A stretch of DNA of 63,997 bases, counting the filler, from Streblomastix strix (lineage: Eukaryota), in assembly GCA_008636045.1 (NCBI GenBank). It is 4 parts of 4 records of this genome, joined end to end, with 100 filler letters (N's around TTAATTAATTAA, not from the genome) between each part and the next. Parts side by side here need not be neighbours in the genome. Positions count along the whole stretch, not along the records: positions 1 to 16,149 come from SNRW01000868.1; 3 more parts are not named here. One strand, written 5' to 3'. The translations under genes and the position numbers were made by a program. This document shows, piece after piece, positions 1 through 14,058 of the stretch. The notes below the pieces were generated by a model. That model saw nothing but the letters and a program-made list of their open reading frames with translations, searched no databases and was not told the origin of the DNA. Every line of letters begins with the position of its first letter. Position 1 is the stretch's first letter.

Positions 1-570
1 AAAAACTTAAAATTTCAATTTATACTACAAATAGTTTAATATCTAATCAAATCGGTCTATAATTGACAATCTTTTTCTAGAATGGTTTCCTTTATGAAGT
101 TCGTAATACAACGATTATGATTATATGTCAAAGATGAATTAATTTGCTAATATATAAATAAAAAATTTTAAAAAAAATTTTTATAAAATAAAGGAATATG
201 AACAAATTTTAATCTAAAAATTTATTCAATTAAAATATGGTTTATTTTATTAATAAATATACATAATATTATAAAAGTAAGTGCAATTAATAGTCATTGA
301 AATATTAATGCATAATTCAACGAATTGTAATGATTTATGGATAAGAAAAAAAACAATTCAATATTATATTTACTTTTATGCAATAAAAATATAAATTAAT
401 AAATTAAAAAACGATATTAAAATGATATATTCAAGTATTGGATATAAATAGATTATGTGCAAAATTATTATTGTAATAGTATAACTAAATTATTATTATA
501 TTTCCAAATACTTGCCTTAAATGGAATTTATTTTTGATCAGCAGAGTATAAATAAAGTTAATCAAATAAT

Positions 571-3417
571 GGGTGATTCCGGTTGGCAGATGCAACATAA
601 GTTAATATTGTCAATTTTAAAAGTTAATCTAATAATTAAATAAATTAAGTAATAATGGCATGTTTTTAGCTTCGGATATTAAGATTTTATTTTTTTTAAA
701 AATGCCTTAAAATGCAATTGGAAATCCCAAAATCTCCCTTGCCTAAGCCCGAAGAAGTTCTTTTCATTCCTATTGAAGAGCTTCGAAGGAGATATATTGA
801 GGAAAGGAGGAAAAGATTGTTAGGCATTGAGAATCTCCGAATTTTAAGCTTAAATATTCCTGAATCTTTTAAATCTGCATGCAGAGCTGTCGCGGTGTCA
901 TTACTCTTACCTTTTGAAATAAAGGAAAACAAATTATTTGCAATGACTTCTTCATAAGTTCATACGTCAATATAACTAAGCAATTCATGCACATTTCAGA
1001 GCTCAAAGATTAAATCTGTTCCACCTAGGATAGGAGAAGGAAAAAGACCATTATATCTTGTCATATTCCATTCTTTTCTAATGTCGCGGACAACTGATGT
1101 ATAGGAGAGATATAATTTGAAGGGTTCGTTCAATTTCACAATTTTATTTTGCTTTTCTTATTTATTAATTTTTCTGGCTATAAAGCTGAGATTATAAAGA
1201 CTGGAGATCTTCAACCTGGTAAAAAGCAAAAGAATAAAAAGTTCATAACTCTAGTTAAAGGTATTCATTGATATTTACATAACAATTTCATTTTAAATTT
1301 TTATTTTATTAGAAACAAAACAAGAAGGACAGTAATTTACAGATAGACTCTATCATAATTAACATTTGTATTAAATGTTTCTTACCGATCATGGGCGCAG
1401 TTAGGATGATAAGTTTAGAACTAGTATTGGAATGGAGTATATCGATAAAGACGAAAAAGATGACGAAGAAAATGATAACAATGATGAAATATACGATGAT
1501 ATTGATTCTGATCAAGTTCCAATTCCACTATCTGAGTTATTAGGTCAATCAGATATAAATCAAAAGGATGTTAAGAGTAGCTGTGCATCTGCTGAAATAA
1601 AAGTAACTTCTGTTGATCCATATGTATTTCATGAACGATTGATGAAGAGATAAACAACAAATTTGCTAATCCCTGACATAAACTAAGCTTCAAAATCAAT
1701 TAAGAGAGGAAATAGTTGGAGTGTATAAGCAAAGGACTACATTGAAGATTCTGACTCATCTGATGTGGAAGAATTTAATCCAAAGTCTTATGATCTATAC
1801 TCACCATCATGTGATCCAAATTATAAATTTGAAAAGGAATAAAATAAGTAGTAATTATGATAAGTTGTTATTTCAAAAGGTTCAACTGATCCACTTTTGG
1901 AATCCATTAAACAAGGATAGTATGATGATATCACTGCTGAATAGCAAATTTCTTTCTATGGAGACTATTAGATCCTTTCTTCAAAGAGACATTATCTTTG
2001 GCCAAGAGCTCGTTTACTAAGAGAATTCAACGAATTGTTTCCATTCATACACTTGAAAAAGACAGAATTCTATAATATGACTAGGCTGATTATAAAACCC
2101 AAGAACAGAACGGATATATGCGGAATTTGTCACGCAGCAGAATTGATTCTAATGAAAATGAAAAAAGAAAGAAAGACATTAATTCAAATGACAGAAATTG
2201 AATAAGAATATATAAGATTGTTTTGAATACATTATTATGAAGCTGCAAGCTAGAGAAGTAGTATGCATGAAGCAATTTTTAATTTGAAACCATGTCAAGC
2301 TGTGATTATTGCAGATTTCAAGGAGAATTTCTAAGCCGAATATAACAGAGATCAAGAATCGCAAGAGTTCTTCAAGAAACATCCTGTTACGTGCTTATCA
2401 TTCGTGGTGCACATTATGTCAGCAAAGTAATAACATATTAAGGTAGTATATACAATATTATCAAAGTGTCATACACATAACGCTCAATTTGTAATTCGTG
2501 CACTTAGACGTATCTTTAGAGAACCAGAGTTTCGTGGTCTGTCTGCAATTCACTGGTGGAGCGATGGCGCTGGACATTTTCGAAATACAGCTTTGCTTGA
2601 CGTACTTCTCGAAAAGAGGAAAGGAAAACAGATGTTGCTAAATTGTGAAATTGATGTCAGTTACTTTTGTGCGGCCCATGGTAAAAGCGAGTGTGACAGT
2701 TGCTTCGGTTACTTTTCCAGACTTCTGAAGTAAAGTACTCCTGTTGATGGTATTAAGTCTCTTTAAGATCTGGTTAATTTCTTTGAAGTTGAGACAGCAT
2801 CGAAAACTGAATTTGATTCTAGTTCGAAACCTTAATATAGATTTATCAAGTATAATAATTAAATAAGTATTTTTATATTAATTAAATATATAAATTTTAA
2901 TTAATTTGGATATAATTAACTATTAATAAATATATATAATACATATAGTTTCACTTGTGCAAGACTAGCAAAGAAGTCGAAGAAAATTGAAATGAACGGA
3001 TTTAAGGAAAGTTTGCATTTCAGTAGTTAAGATGGAATGATCATATCATCAAGACTTACAAATGCGGAGGAAAAAGATAAGAAAACTTAAATTCTGAAAA
3101 CAAAAATAGAAGAATCAGATGTATAAACCAAAAAATCGACAATCCCTGCATCAACCAAGTCCAACTATGATGGTATCCTATTAGCAAAGATAGAATAAAT
3201 GCGTAAATAATAAAAAAAAAGCGAGTGAATAAGTGATTTAAATAAAATAAGTTTTATAATGTTTTTTTCCTATTTTTAAGAAAAAATAATTAACTGCAAT
3301 TCTTGAACCATCCAAGTCAAATTGTACTTTCTATTATACTTTATTTATTTAATTTACGTTCAAATATCATAATTAAATTAAAATTATATTAATATAAATT
3401 TTTAACCGGAACCACCC
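571..3417 (+). mobile_element. Full-length Sola2-type DNA transposon
   Basis: Left end GGGTGATTCCGGTT (571-584) matches the reverse complement of 3404-3417, GGGTGGTTCCGGTT, at 13/14. TAAT flanks both sides (567-570, 3418-3421). GRG...CYC termini and a 4-bp TSD fit Sola2. Confidence 0.85.
712..3228 (+). pseudogene. Sola2-like DDD transposase, spliced, with an in-frame TGA
   Basis: With TAR=Gln it reads TDICGIC...IADFKENF...WWSDGAGHFRN...YFCAAHGKSECDSCFG. Probable introns at ~1261-1312 and ~2850-2948. In-frame TGA at 2224-2226. Confidence 0.8.
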
Positions 3418-3479
3418 TAATAACTGTATTGCATATATAAATTGAATAAGAAATAATGTAAAATAAATGAGTAAAACAC

Positions 3480-3915
3480 TAGATGTGCGATGAAATTAGA
3501 CTTGAATCTGGCTATGGGTTAGGGAGACAAGAGATATAGAGACACAGCGGCTGTCTGTCTCTTCCCCATAGCAGCTTACATTTTGAAATAATGTTAGCAA
3601 ACTCCACAAGTATGATGATTTAATTTAAATAATATATTTAATCAATATATTTAATTATAATAAATATTATTAATATATGTGTCAACTAGATAAAAACTGT
3701 TTTCAAAAAGATAAAAAATATCTAATTTATTATTTAATTAGGAAAACTACTAATATTTTTGATATTAGATATATGTAATTAAACAAAATTAATTTTTATT
3801 TTACTAATATTAACTTAGAATTGAATATTTTTATTGTTTATAATAATAAAATTTTTTAAATAGAGACAAGGTGTTTGTCTCTCGATAAGTCCTTTGTCTG
3901 TCTCGACACAAGGTT
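3480..3915. repeat. Possible small non-autonomous element with GAGACA/TGTCTC motif clusters at both ends
   Basis: GAGACA/TGTCTC motifs cluster at 3523-3561 and 3863-3906 around an AT-rich core. Terminal match (TAGATGTGC vs TGGATATGC) is weak and there is no clean TSD. Confidence 0.35.
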
Positions 3916-5099
3916 TTTGTCTCTCGTGCATATCCAGAAAATCCTATGGAAAAGAGTGCGGTACAATACTGGTATATAAAGTTTTAAGATTGTCCTTCAA
4001 CGATATTAGATGATCCAAGAGCTGCACCACCATTTATTCAAGGTCAATTATAAAGAATTCTTTATATTTTGAATGAGATACCAATCGTTACAGCGTAGTA
4101 CATGGCGGACAAAATGGTTCATGATAAGTAGACCATAAATACCGATTACCTAACAAGCTGCACTATATAATAGTAAATAGTAGATGGAATCCTTATATTA
4201 TAAGTGTTTATTAAATTTTACTATATAATCACTAACTTCGTGTGGATAGGAAGCCATGCAGAAGAGGAATTTGTAATCTATTAATGAATAATTAACTATT
4301 TATAATTTCTACCTAAAACTTTCATTTCAACTACCAGATCATAATATTCCATCATTTATTCTAACATCAGTTCAATAAAAGCATAACTATGAAACTACTT
4401 TTATATGAAGAATAATTTAGTAGTATATAGTAACAAATCAATAACTTTGTTAACCCAATACTACATCAAACTCGATTAAAAATAGTTTATTGAATCATCA
4501 AGAAATTACAATTCAAGTAAAATTGTAAATATTCCCCTTAATGAAATATTAAATCTAAAATTTCAATATATCGCATTTAAACCTTATTTGGATAAGTCTA
4601 CACTGAATTAATCCTAAATTATAAGCATAACTTTTCTCAATCTCATCATTAAAGATGAAATAGTCAATAATCAGTATCCTGAAATGCAAAAATAATTAAA
4701 AAATAGAAAATATAATATTTAATAATTATTAAATTTTAAAGCAGATTAATCGACAAATGAGTCTAGTAAGCAAGTGCAAACCATATTAAACTAAATTATA
4801 CAACAAATAAGTTCTATAGAAAAAACTTATTGATCGTTAAAAAAGTAGTATGATGAATTAAATGAATTGTAAGAGTTACATTAATATTACTATTCAAATG
4901 ACTAAATATAAAATCATGAGCAAGTTCAGGCAAACAGTTCTTAAGATTTACAGAAAGAAAAAGATTTGGAGGAAAATAGTCAAAATAATCAAAAAGAAAT
5001 GCAAAAAGATTAATAAATGAAAGACGCATAATATTAAGAAACAAAAGAAAAGAAATCAAAATCAATGAAGAAAATCAAATAAATTGAAAAATATTCCTG

Positions 5100-5470
5100 G
5101 GAAAATTTATGAATAGAAATTTCTGTATTGAGGTGCAATAAGCCTTAAGAGAAATCGAATTAGGTGAGGAATTAATGAATATCGCTGATGTATAAGATAT
5201 TGCAGATAAGTTTGGTAATAGTGTTAACTACCGTAGCAGAAATAACTGTCTCTATAAAAGAGAGTGACATTCTGGAGTTAAATGAGATATGTAACAAATG
5301 GATCTGCTGAATTTGGACAAAAAGCATTAAAATTCAAGAATTGTCCAACTTCAGATGCGAGCTGCGAAAGGAATTTCTCCGAATCAAGACAAAAACTATG
5401 TCTTTTGGAAGGAAATCTTGAAACAATCAAATTTTTAAGAGAATTAGAAATACTTGAAACTGCAAAATAA
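5100..5470 (+). pseudogene. hAT transposase remnant (C-terminal dimerisation domain)
   Basis: TFWSQMRY...ALKFKNCPTSDASCERNFSESRQKL matches the hAT FW...P.S.A..ER.FS motif. Confidence 0.7.
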
Positions 5471-7659
5471 AAATTAGAATAGAAGAAGTTAAATGGATAA
5501 GCGCATAATAGGATTGGCATAACTTCTGAAAGTGTGCTATAGCCCGCGAAAGGTCAAGAAGCAAAATTAAAATATAGTACTTTACCAGAAAAAGTTGAAA
5601 ATAGTAAATAAGCTGAAAACCCTTCTCCCAAATAATCCGCCTCAGAGAGAACCACATATTGAAAAGTTCGAAATATCAAATGTCGTTAAAATTTGCTAAA
5701 ATGTTGAAACCCAGGTATCTGAAATTGATGAAGGTAAAACAGCATAGATGTCTGTAGGTTAATCTTCCATAGATAGAAATACTTTGAATGGATAATTAAA
5801 GAATCCATAAAGCAGATCAAAGAGTAAAGGGAACTCAATTCAAATGACAATTGTAAAATAAAAGAAATTGATGAATTTATTATATATATCATTATTTGTT
5901 TATTTTTTATGTTAATTAAATCAAGTTTCATTTTTCTCTCGGATCACCTTCAATTCAATCAAATTAATTAACTGATATGTTCGGTAATTCTTCCGTTGAA
6001 GTATTGAAACATTCTTAAATACTGTAACAATCAGAAATTATTGTTCGAAAAATCTGTTAAATTTTCTTCTTAATATTAAGCATAGAAAATTGATTTTGTT
6101 CATTCATCTCTTAAATCTCCAACATTAATACATTTACATTATCCTATTTGAGCACTTTTTGGTCTTCAGTTATCAAGTACTCACAAAAACTAGTGTATTG
6201 TCCAAACAAATTGCCTTTTGATGTCATTTCGCAAAGTAAAGTCTGATATAAGAAAAAGAAAAATAAATTAATAAATCTACCAAAATTGTTAGTATTTTCA
6301 TTTAAAAATTGATAATTTGATTAGAAGAAAATCTTTGAAAGGACATAATAAACATAAACATAAAAAAACATAAAATGCTAGGAATTGTGTGAATAAATAT
6401 TAAAATTTGAAAATGTATTATTAATTAATAATTTTAATTCTAATTTTATAAATACATTTAAATACGTTAATTTAAGTTAAAAATGAATAAAAGAAAATAA
6501 GAAATTTGTTGAATAGTGTGCAAAATAAGCGATTCTAAAGAAAAAACGAAAACGCAATGTGCTTGCTCCAATTCAATTGAAAATAATATTAATTTATTAT
6601 ACAAAAATTATAACATCAAATTAACAACATTAAAGCCATCCGCTGACTTTCCGCAGATCCGTCCGCTAAAAGCTAATTTTTAGACATTTTTCATGCATCT
6701 CTAATTAAATTTCTTTTATATTATGCATTTTAAACTTATATTTTTTCCGAATATATTTATCTCAGATAAATCAAAACTGATAGACAGACAAATCAATATA
6801 AGTTAATTTTTTTTCATGCATATAATAAAATGTAAATTCTATAATAATGATGATAATGAATATGATTTCGTCTTTTGTAATATATTTTTCCCTATTTACG
6901 TTCAAATTTCCTTTTGGCAAACTTACATCAAAACTAAAATTTTCACTAAAGCAGAAAAGTATCGATATTTGCAAAAATCATCAGACATACGTATAATTAT
7001 GTTCGCTTATGTAATTAAATATAATTATATTTTTTATATATATTATAAATATATACAAACTTCCATTAATAATTTATCTATGGAGATAAATCGTTAAACG
7101 ATACTAAATTCAATTATTATATATATGTATTAAAATTGTTTAAATTCAATTTTCATTTTGTTTTAAAAAGAAACTAAGTTTTTTCGATAGCTTTCAATTT
7201 AATGTCTACAAAGTTTATCACCAAAATATGAAACATATATCAAAGATTATAAAATTATTATAAACATGATTTTTTTTAGTTTTGGCATTTTTATAGAGAA
7301 CTTATGAAAATGAAAAACTTTCCACATTCTTAATTCTTTATGGTTCTTATTAAACCTTAATTTTTGCTTATGGTTTTGTATTGTGCTTTTTTCATTCAGT
7401 ATGATATTTTTAAAAATTATCAAGATTAATCTTATACCACTAAGAAATAGTTTTCTCTTCGAACAATTCATTTAAATTATTAATATTGAATTACTTTTTT
7501 AAGTAAAAGATTTAAATTTTTAATGGGTTCCAATATTTGATGTGAAATCTGGAGGAATTTTGCCAAATTAATTTATATTTGAGCATTAAAATGAGTTGCA
7601 AAAAGGCATTTCGTTTCCATATTGAAAATTTGTAATATAAACTTTATAACATTATGAAA

Positions 7660-8560
7660 ATTAGCTGGCACCAAACTTCTCATTCAGATAATTTGCAAAA
7701 ATAGCATTTGCTTTATTTATATCATTTCTAGGGTTCAAGTTTCCAGTGAATTCATCATTTGAGAATGTAATTATCTTTACTCCTTTGTTAACAAAAGTGA
7801 TGGCTTCAGAATCTGATCCTTAATTATTTATAAATCTTGAATCTTACATTAAAACTGATATTGTTCTTAAAATCATTCCTTCTCCAATAGTTACTTCATC
7901 AGTAAGAATCGTTTTTGTCTGAGTTCTATTAGTACCATAACTATTAAAAGACCCATTTACATAATCTAATTTATCTCCTGTAACATTAAATACCTTTGGA
8001 GAAGAGAAAGTAGGTGAAACTGTTGCTGTACCTACTATTATTTCTATTCCTGATATTTTGATCAAAGCATCTAATTATGTAACAGTACCGCTCCATCTTG
8101 TGATAGTCTAGGTTGCACCAGTAGTTTCCAGAACTTTCGATCAGTTTAACGTAGGATACTTGTATCTCCTATAACCAATGCTACGTTTGTTGCAATTATC
8201 AAAGAATAATAAGTTGTTAAACGGCTTATTCCTTGATATGTCCCACTGTTGATTGTTAATTCTTTCCCTGAGTAACTAATTAACCCCCTTTCCCGTGTTG
8301 TCTGTGAGAGATATTCCTGTGAAACGCAGGTCGAAGTTAATTCTACCAAGATTGAACAAAGGTCCAGTGGTTATTTGACTTGTGATTATCTGTGACAAAG
8401 TCAAAATGATTGTCTTGTAATTGAGACCAATAATCAATATCTACACTGAAACAGAGAACAAAAAAGTAAGTGTTCTAATGCGTTCAACCGGAGCTCCTCC
8501 AACTAATTATTCAAATTTGTCAATTAGTTTCTTCAGGATTTTCAACATTCATTACTACTC
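7660..8560 (-). pseudogene. Fragment of a Thr/Ser/Gly-rich, beta-rich (parallel beta-helix-like) surface protein
   Basis: ORF pieces such as GLISYSGKELTINSGTYQGI and IKISGIEIIVGTATVSPTFSS are split by frameshifts. Family assignment rests on composition only. Confidence 0.4.
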
Positions 8561-9098
8561 TTATATAGCATGAATTATACGCAATAATTTCAAAGTAATA
8601 CAAAAAGCTTGATTTTAAATTGTTCAAGGATTTTAATAAACTCATATAATGGATTATCATTTTTAAATAAACAACAATAATTATTAAACTGTTACTAATT
8701 TAAGATTAGAACCGTTTTATTTCTCTAAATTGTTATTATTCTGTATAATAACATAATTTTTACATTTAAATAAATGAAAATTTATTATCCATATATTAAA
8801 TAAATTTTTTAAATTGTAACAGCTAAGAAAATAACATAATAATATAATTTAAAATTTATCCATAAATTCTACACAAACAGATAAATAATTATTATTTTAT
8901 TATTTAAAACCATTATTCCTATTAGTAATTAACCATATATAAATAAAGTTATTTATTTTAACACTCAAATACTTGAATTCTAATTAGTTTTCTAATTAAT
9001 TTTTTAAATCAACAAATTCTTTCTTTAAATTGATATATTTGATTATATTTTATTATTTTCTTTATTATATCTAAATTTTATCATAGATTTCATCATAG

Positions 9099-12000
9099 AT
9101 GAACATTTTACTTTTGCTTATCGCTGCCTTGGCAAATTGCCAGATCATTTCACCCGTTCAATCACCATTAAAGGCATATTTATCTACGTCCATGGCCATG
9201 AATCTATCTTAATTGGAATCTGTGATTTAAAATAGTTCTCCTTATAATCTTTGCTATTGGAGTATAAGTAGAAATTTCTCTGAAACAGATGTAACTCAGA
9301 AAAAATCAAACAGCATAATGGATGCTCTTTAATTTACTTGTTCTGGCTATTATTAAATTGCATTATTGGATGATGTTCACTTTGAATATATTGTTATTGA
9401 TTAGTCTTAGAATATTCCAGTAACTATTAAAGTTTACAAAATTAATTTTTTAAATATTTAAATTAAGTATTATTTAATATTCAAATTTCTGTATAGGGTT
9501 AAGCATAAGATGATAATAAACAATCTATTTGAACCACATTGATGATTAATTCAAGTTAATATTACTCAATTTTCCTCTTAGATGGCGATCTTACTCTCTT
9601 TAATCTAGAGTTTAATTACACTCTTAGTATTAGATAAAATCTAACAAAATAAATTTAACCTTCATTTTCAATAATTGGAACATATAATTTCACTGTTGGA
9701 TTTAAGTCTCTCTCAATTATTTCATGTGTTTTCAATGGATTTCCTGATGTAACTGTTAGCATGATGATTAGCATATAAAACTTTAATACTTTATTTATAA
9801 GAGATTGTATCTTCTAAAACGCTATAACTTAAAAAGATTGTTTAATTCTTTGCACTTCATACAAATAAGATGCAGAATTAATCATCTAAAATTCATAAAT
9901 TAAAAATATTGAAGTTAATAGTTCACAATATTGGGGAATTGTTAGTATATATTTGAATGAAATATTTCCAACATTGACAATTAATGAATGCACATTTGAA
10001 AATTGTTAATTAATTGGACATGAGAACATTTCATCTGTGTTTGATATTATATCATCAGAATAAAGCATGAAATTCGCTATTACTAACAATAGATTTACTA
10101 ATTGTTTTGGATATTATGCCGGAGCACTCCATATTGTATTATAAACAGTTAATAGCAACATTTCTAACAATGAATTCTCTGGAAATGGAAAATATGGATA
10201 AGATTAGAAAGGAAGAGATGTATATTTATAATGGATATCTTAACCTAATGAATGGACAACAGAAAATACTCATAATAGAATTATGATATTATTCAATGGT
10301 AGCAAATCCTCCAATATTGGCAGTATTAGTTATTATACTCCATTTAATTCAGGCTTTATCAATCTTCCAAAAGAATGGGCATTTTGTTTAACAAAAGATT
10401 AGTTAACATTTGACTGTATTTGTGATCCAGATTCTACATCTTATCTTTTTGAAATCTGCTAGAAAGATAAGGCATGTTAATTTGATTTAATTCATCAAAC
10501 AACTTAAGATTGTCCATGCTTACCTACAAATGATCCTCGGGCAGGTATAATTTGTCCAACTTATTGTAATAAAGGAGATGTAACATAAAGTTGTGTTTGT
10601 GATACAAATGTAAGTGATTATTCAGTTGAACAGTGCTAATAAGAAAAGTTATGTAAATATGATTTATCTCATCAAACTGCAGCTAATTGTCCATGTTTGA
10701 GCACTGGTGATCCCAGAGCTGGTAATGGTTAATGTCCAGCTTATTGTGTAACAAAAGACATTCCAAACTCGAACTGTGTTTGTGATTCTAACCCAAATGC
10801 AAAATATCCTCCTTCAACATGTTAATCTGAAAAGAATTGTACAGTTTATTCAGATTAAACAGTACCAACTGATTCATGCGCATGCACACCATCAAATTAT
10901 CCTTCTGGTTGCAAATGTCCAACAAATTCATCAGAATTAAATGGGATTCCTTAATAAAAATGCAGCTGTCGTACAACTGGTGATCCGAGAGCTGGTATTG
11001 TTTGTCCAGCATATTGTGTGAAAGGATCTTTAACTCCAGATTGTGTATGTGATACTAACTTATCATCATATTCATCATCATAATGTATGAAAGACAAAAT
11101 ATGTATTTTCAATCTATCATAACAATCTAAAGCTGACTGCCCATGTCTAATGAAAGGTGATCCGAGAGCTGGTGATGTTTGCCCTTCTTATTGTAAATCA
11201 ATGGTTGAATTAATTATAGAATGTATGTGTGAATTAGGTTCATCATATCCTTAAGCAACATGCGAGAGAGATAAATTATGCATTGTAGATTTAATTCATC
11301 AAACTAAAGAGAATTGCCCATGTCTTGCAGTTGATGATCCAAGAGGAGAATAAATTTGCAATCAAACAGAACAATAAGATCATGATCCAACTGATCCTAT
11401 AATTCCTGATCCATCAGAAAAAGATCCAGAAACCGAATAAGAATAAGAAAGTGAATCAAAATAAGATGACGAAGATTAATCAAAAAAGAAAGAATCCAGT
11501 TCATCAATTATTATTTGGATTATATTTGCTGTTTTTATATCACTTGCTATTGTTATTATTGGAATACTGTTGTTCATTATTATCAGATTAAGAAATAAAA
11601 AGAAATCAAATCAAAATGAAAATAAATAAATTCAGGTGAAAGTACAGAATTCAGTTCATAAATAAGAAAAAGAACATAAAATAATAAATATTGATAAATA
11701 ATAATCATCAATTGATTAAAATACTCAAATATTTTCTTCATAATTATCTTTGTCTTTGAAATTAGATTAAAGCACACAAACTAATTCTATGCTGAACTCG
11801 AATAATTAAACATAATTTTAATAATAATAATTTAAAGTTAAAATCATTTCACAGTCATAAATTAAATTATCTCAATAGATTGAAAATAATAAATATATTT
11901 AATAGAAAAATATTTTGAATTAATAAACTTCATCAAATAATTCATAATCTTCACAGGGAATTTAAATTTAATAATCTTTAATTTAGAAATAGAAAGATGA

Positions 12001-12898
12001 TAAAATATAAAAATATGAAATAAAAGATTATACCAATATAAAGAATAAAGAATCTAATTTTAGAACTCCAATTCATACAAATGAATTACTTTCTAAAGAA
12101 TAAATTGCATTAAATGAAATAATGAAAGAAAAAAATAGAAATAAATAGAATGATATTAATAATGTATCAAAAAATATCCACTCTTAACCAAACATTATTA
12201 ATGATAAAATCAATGAGAAAATAAATAAAACTATTGAAACAAAACGATTCAAATAAATAAGAATAAATAATCAAAATAAAAATGATTAAAAATAAATCAA
12301 AAATAAAGATAATGATAAGAAAAATACATTAAATATAAATAAAACTAAGAAAGATAAAGTAGAAAAAAGAAGTAATACAAGAAAAATCATCATCAAAGAA
12401 TAAATTAATAGTAATATTGACTAAGATAATGAAGATAATAATGAATAAATCAATAATAAACAAACCAATTTGAGAAAGAGTATGAATAAAAGATCTTAAG
12501 ATGATGATTCTGAAAGTTCTAACGATTCACTTGAATTTCAATCTTAATCAGCTTCTTATTAAAATAATGAATTAATATTCAAAAATAAAATTGAAAGTGA
12601 ATTAGATAAAGATGAAATAATAAATGATTAAAATAAGCCTAATTTATAAGATTTAAATATTCTATCAAGAAATTTGAATTTCAATTCTCAAGATAGAAAC
12701 AAGAAAAGTTTTATTAATTAATTAGGGATGGAATCTTCTTTATCGATAAACAATGAATAAGAAGAATAGTTATATAAAAATTGGAATGAGACATTATGTA
12801 CAATATATAGTGAAAGTAATAGCATGTTCTCACATGAATCTTCGAATTTGAATAGCACAAGAGATTCTGATTATGATGAAGAAGATAAAACTCCATGA
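9099..12898 (+). CDS. Type-I membrane protein: signal peptide, beta-helix-like ectodomain, five 8-Cys DPRAG repeats, TM helix, long N/K/Q-rich tail
   Basis: Starts MNILLLLIAALANC. Intron at ~9432-9496. Repeats CxCD..Y....C..(D/E)K.C...CPCL..GDPRAG..CP.YC at 10385-11360. TM IIIWIIFAVFISLAIVIIGILLFIII at ~11508-11585. TGA at 12896-12898 is in the same frame under TAR=Gln. Confidence 0.85.
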
Positions 12899-13089
12899 AT
12901 TTGTTTTACCAGTACTAATTAATTTTTATTTAATAGTTTCAAATTTATAAATACAGAGTGAATAATTCAAATTTGTCTAACAATTTTATTGTTTGTATTA
13001 TTTTATTTGATTTTTAAAGTTTTGTTGACATAATAATAATCAGTATTCCAAGATTCCTTCATTCACCCACTTTACGTATTAATTATAAA

Positions 13090-13300
13090 CACAATATGCA
13101 TACAAATTAGAAAGAATATTAATACCAAACCAAATTGAAATTAGATGTAGAGGATGTCTTTTTCAGATTCAATTCTATGGTGATTCATAAGATCAAACAC
13201 AGCTTGTTAACAAAGGATATGGAATTGTGATGTCCATTTCATTCAGCACGGCAGGTGGAGCTATTGAGGAATAAGATTTGAAGAAATTGATTCACAATTA
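13090..13300 (+). pseudogene. Fragment of a lineage-expanded helical-repeat protein family (GYG.VMSISFSTAGG..EEQD motif)
   Basis: Reads GDSQDQTQLVNKGYGIVMSISFSTAGGAIEEQD. I recall this motif from Streblomastix hypothetical proteins but have not verified it by search. Confidence 0.5.
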
Positions 13301-14058
13301 ATTAATTAAAGAAAAGATTGCTTATCAAATATTGTGCAATATTAACTGTACAAAATATTTTATTATGAAGTAAAACTTAAGATATTGAAAAATAATTATT
13401 TATTATTAACAGTACAATAATTGATAAAATTTTCCAGATAATTGGCATTAAAAAATTTAATAATAATAAATGCTGTGAAATACCTATACTGTATGCGCAA
13501 CACTCGCCAAAACCAGCATGAAGTGACTGGTCTAAATAAGGCAATCGATTATATTATAGAAAATCATATAAATATGAAATATCATATTTCACAAAGTGAA
13601 ACAAAAATAATGAATTAATGAAATGCAACAAAAAATAGCTATTAAAAAGAGTATAAAATATGAAGAGTATAAAATAAGAAGAGCATTTTAAATATGAGTT
13701 CAAAATGGACAATTAAGAAGGCACAATTCATATATTTTAATTTAATGGTAATAAAATTGTTTCATTAAATAGGAAAAATAAAATATATGAATTATTAATA
13801 AAATAAAATAAAAAAAACAGTATGAAAAAGAAAAAAAACAAAATTGTGAATTAAGTATAATAAAAAAGTGATTTATGAATAGAAAATAAATATAACACAG
13901 TTGGTTTAATTAAGAATTTATTAAAATTTCAATTGATCATAGTTCTAATTATATAAAAATGGCTTAAATTATAAAAATATAAATAAATTCAAATAATTAA
14001 ATGCAAAACAAAACAATTATAAATTAAAATAAATATAATTATTAAAAAAAAATTAAAT

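Noticed and set aside
2224..2226. TGA readthrough or selenocysteine recoding in transposon and viral genes
   Set aside because: In-frame TGAs occur only in mobile elements and gene remnants, most of which also have frameshifts, and they sit at non-Cys positions. Intact host genes use TGA as stop, so decay is the simpler explanation.
3947..4260. Possible mariner N-terminal HTH remnant (VQYWYIKF...LDDPRAAP)
   Set aside because: Only a weak motif resemblance, with no catalytic domain or TIR found.
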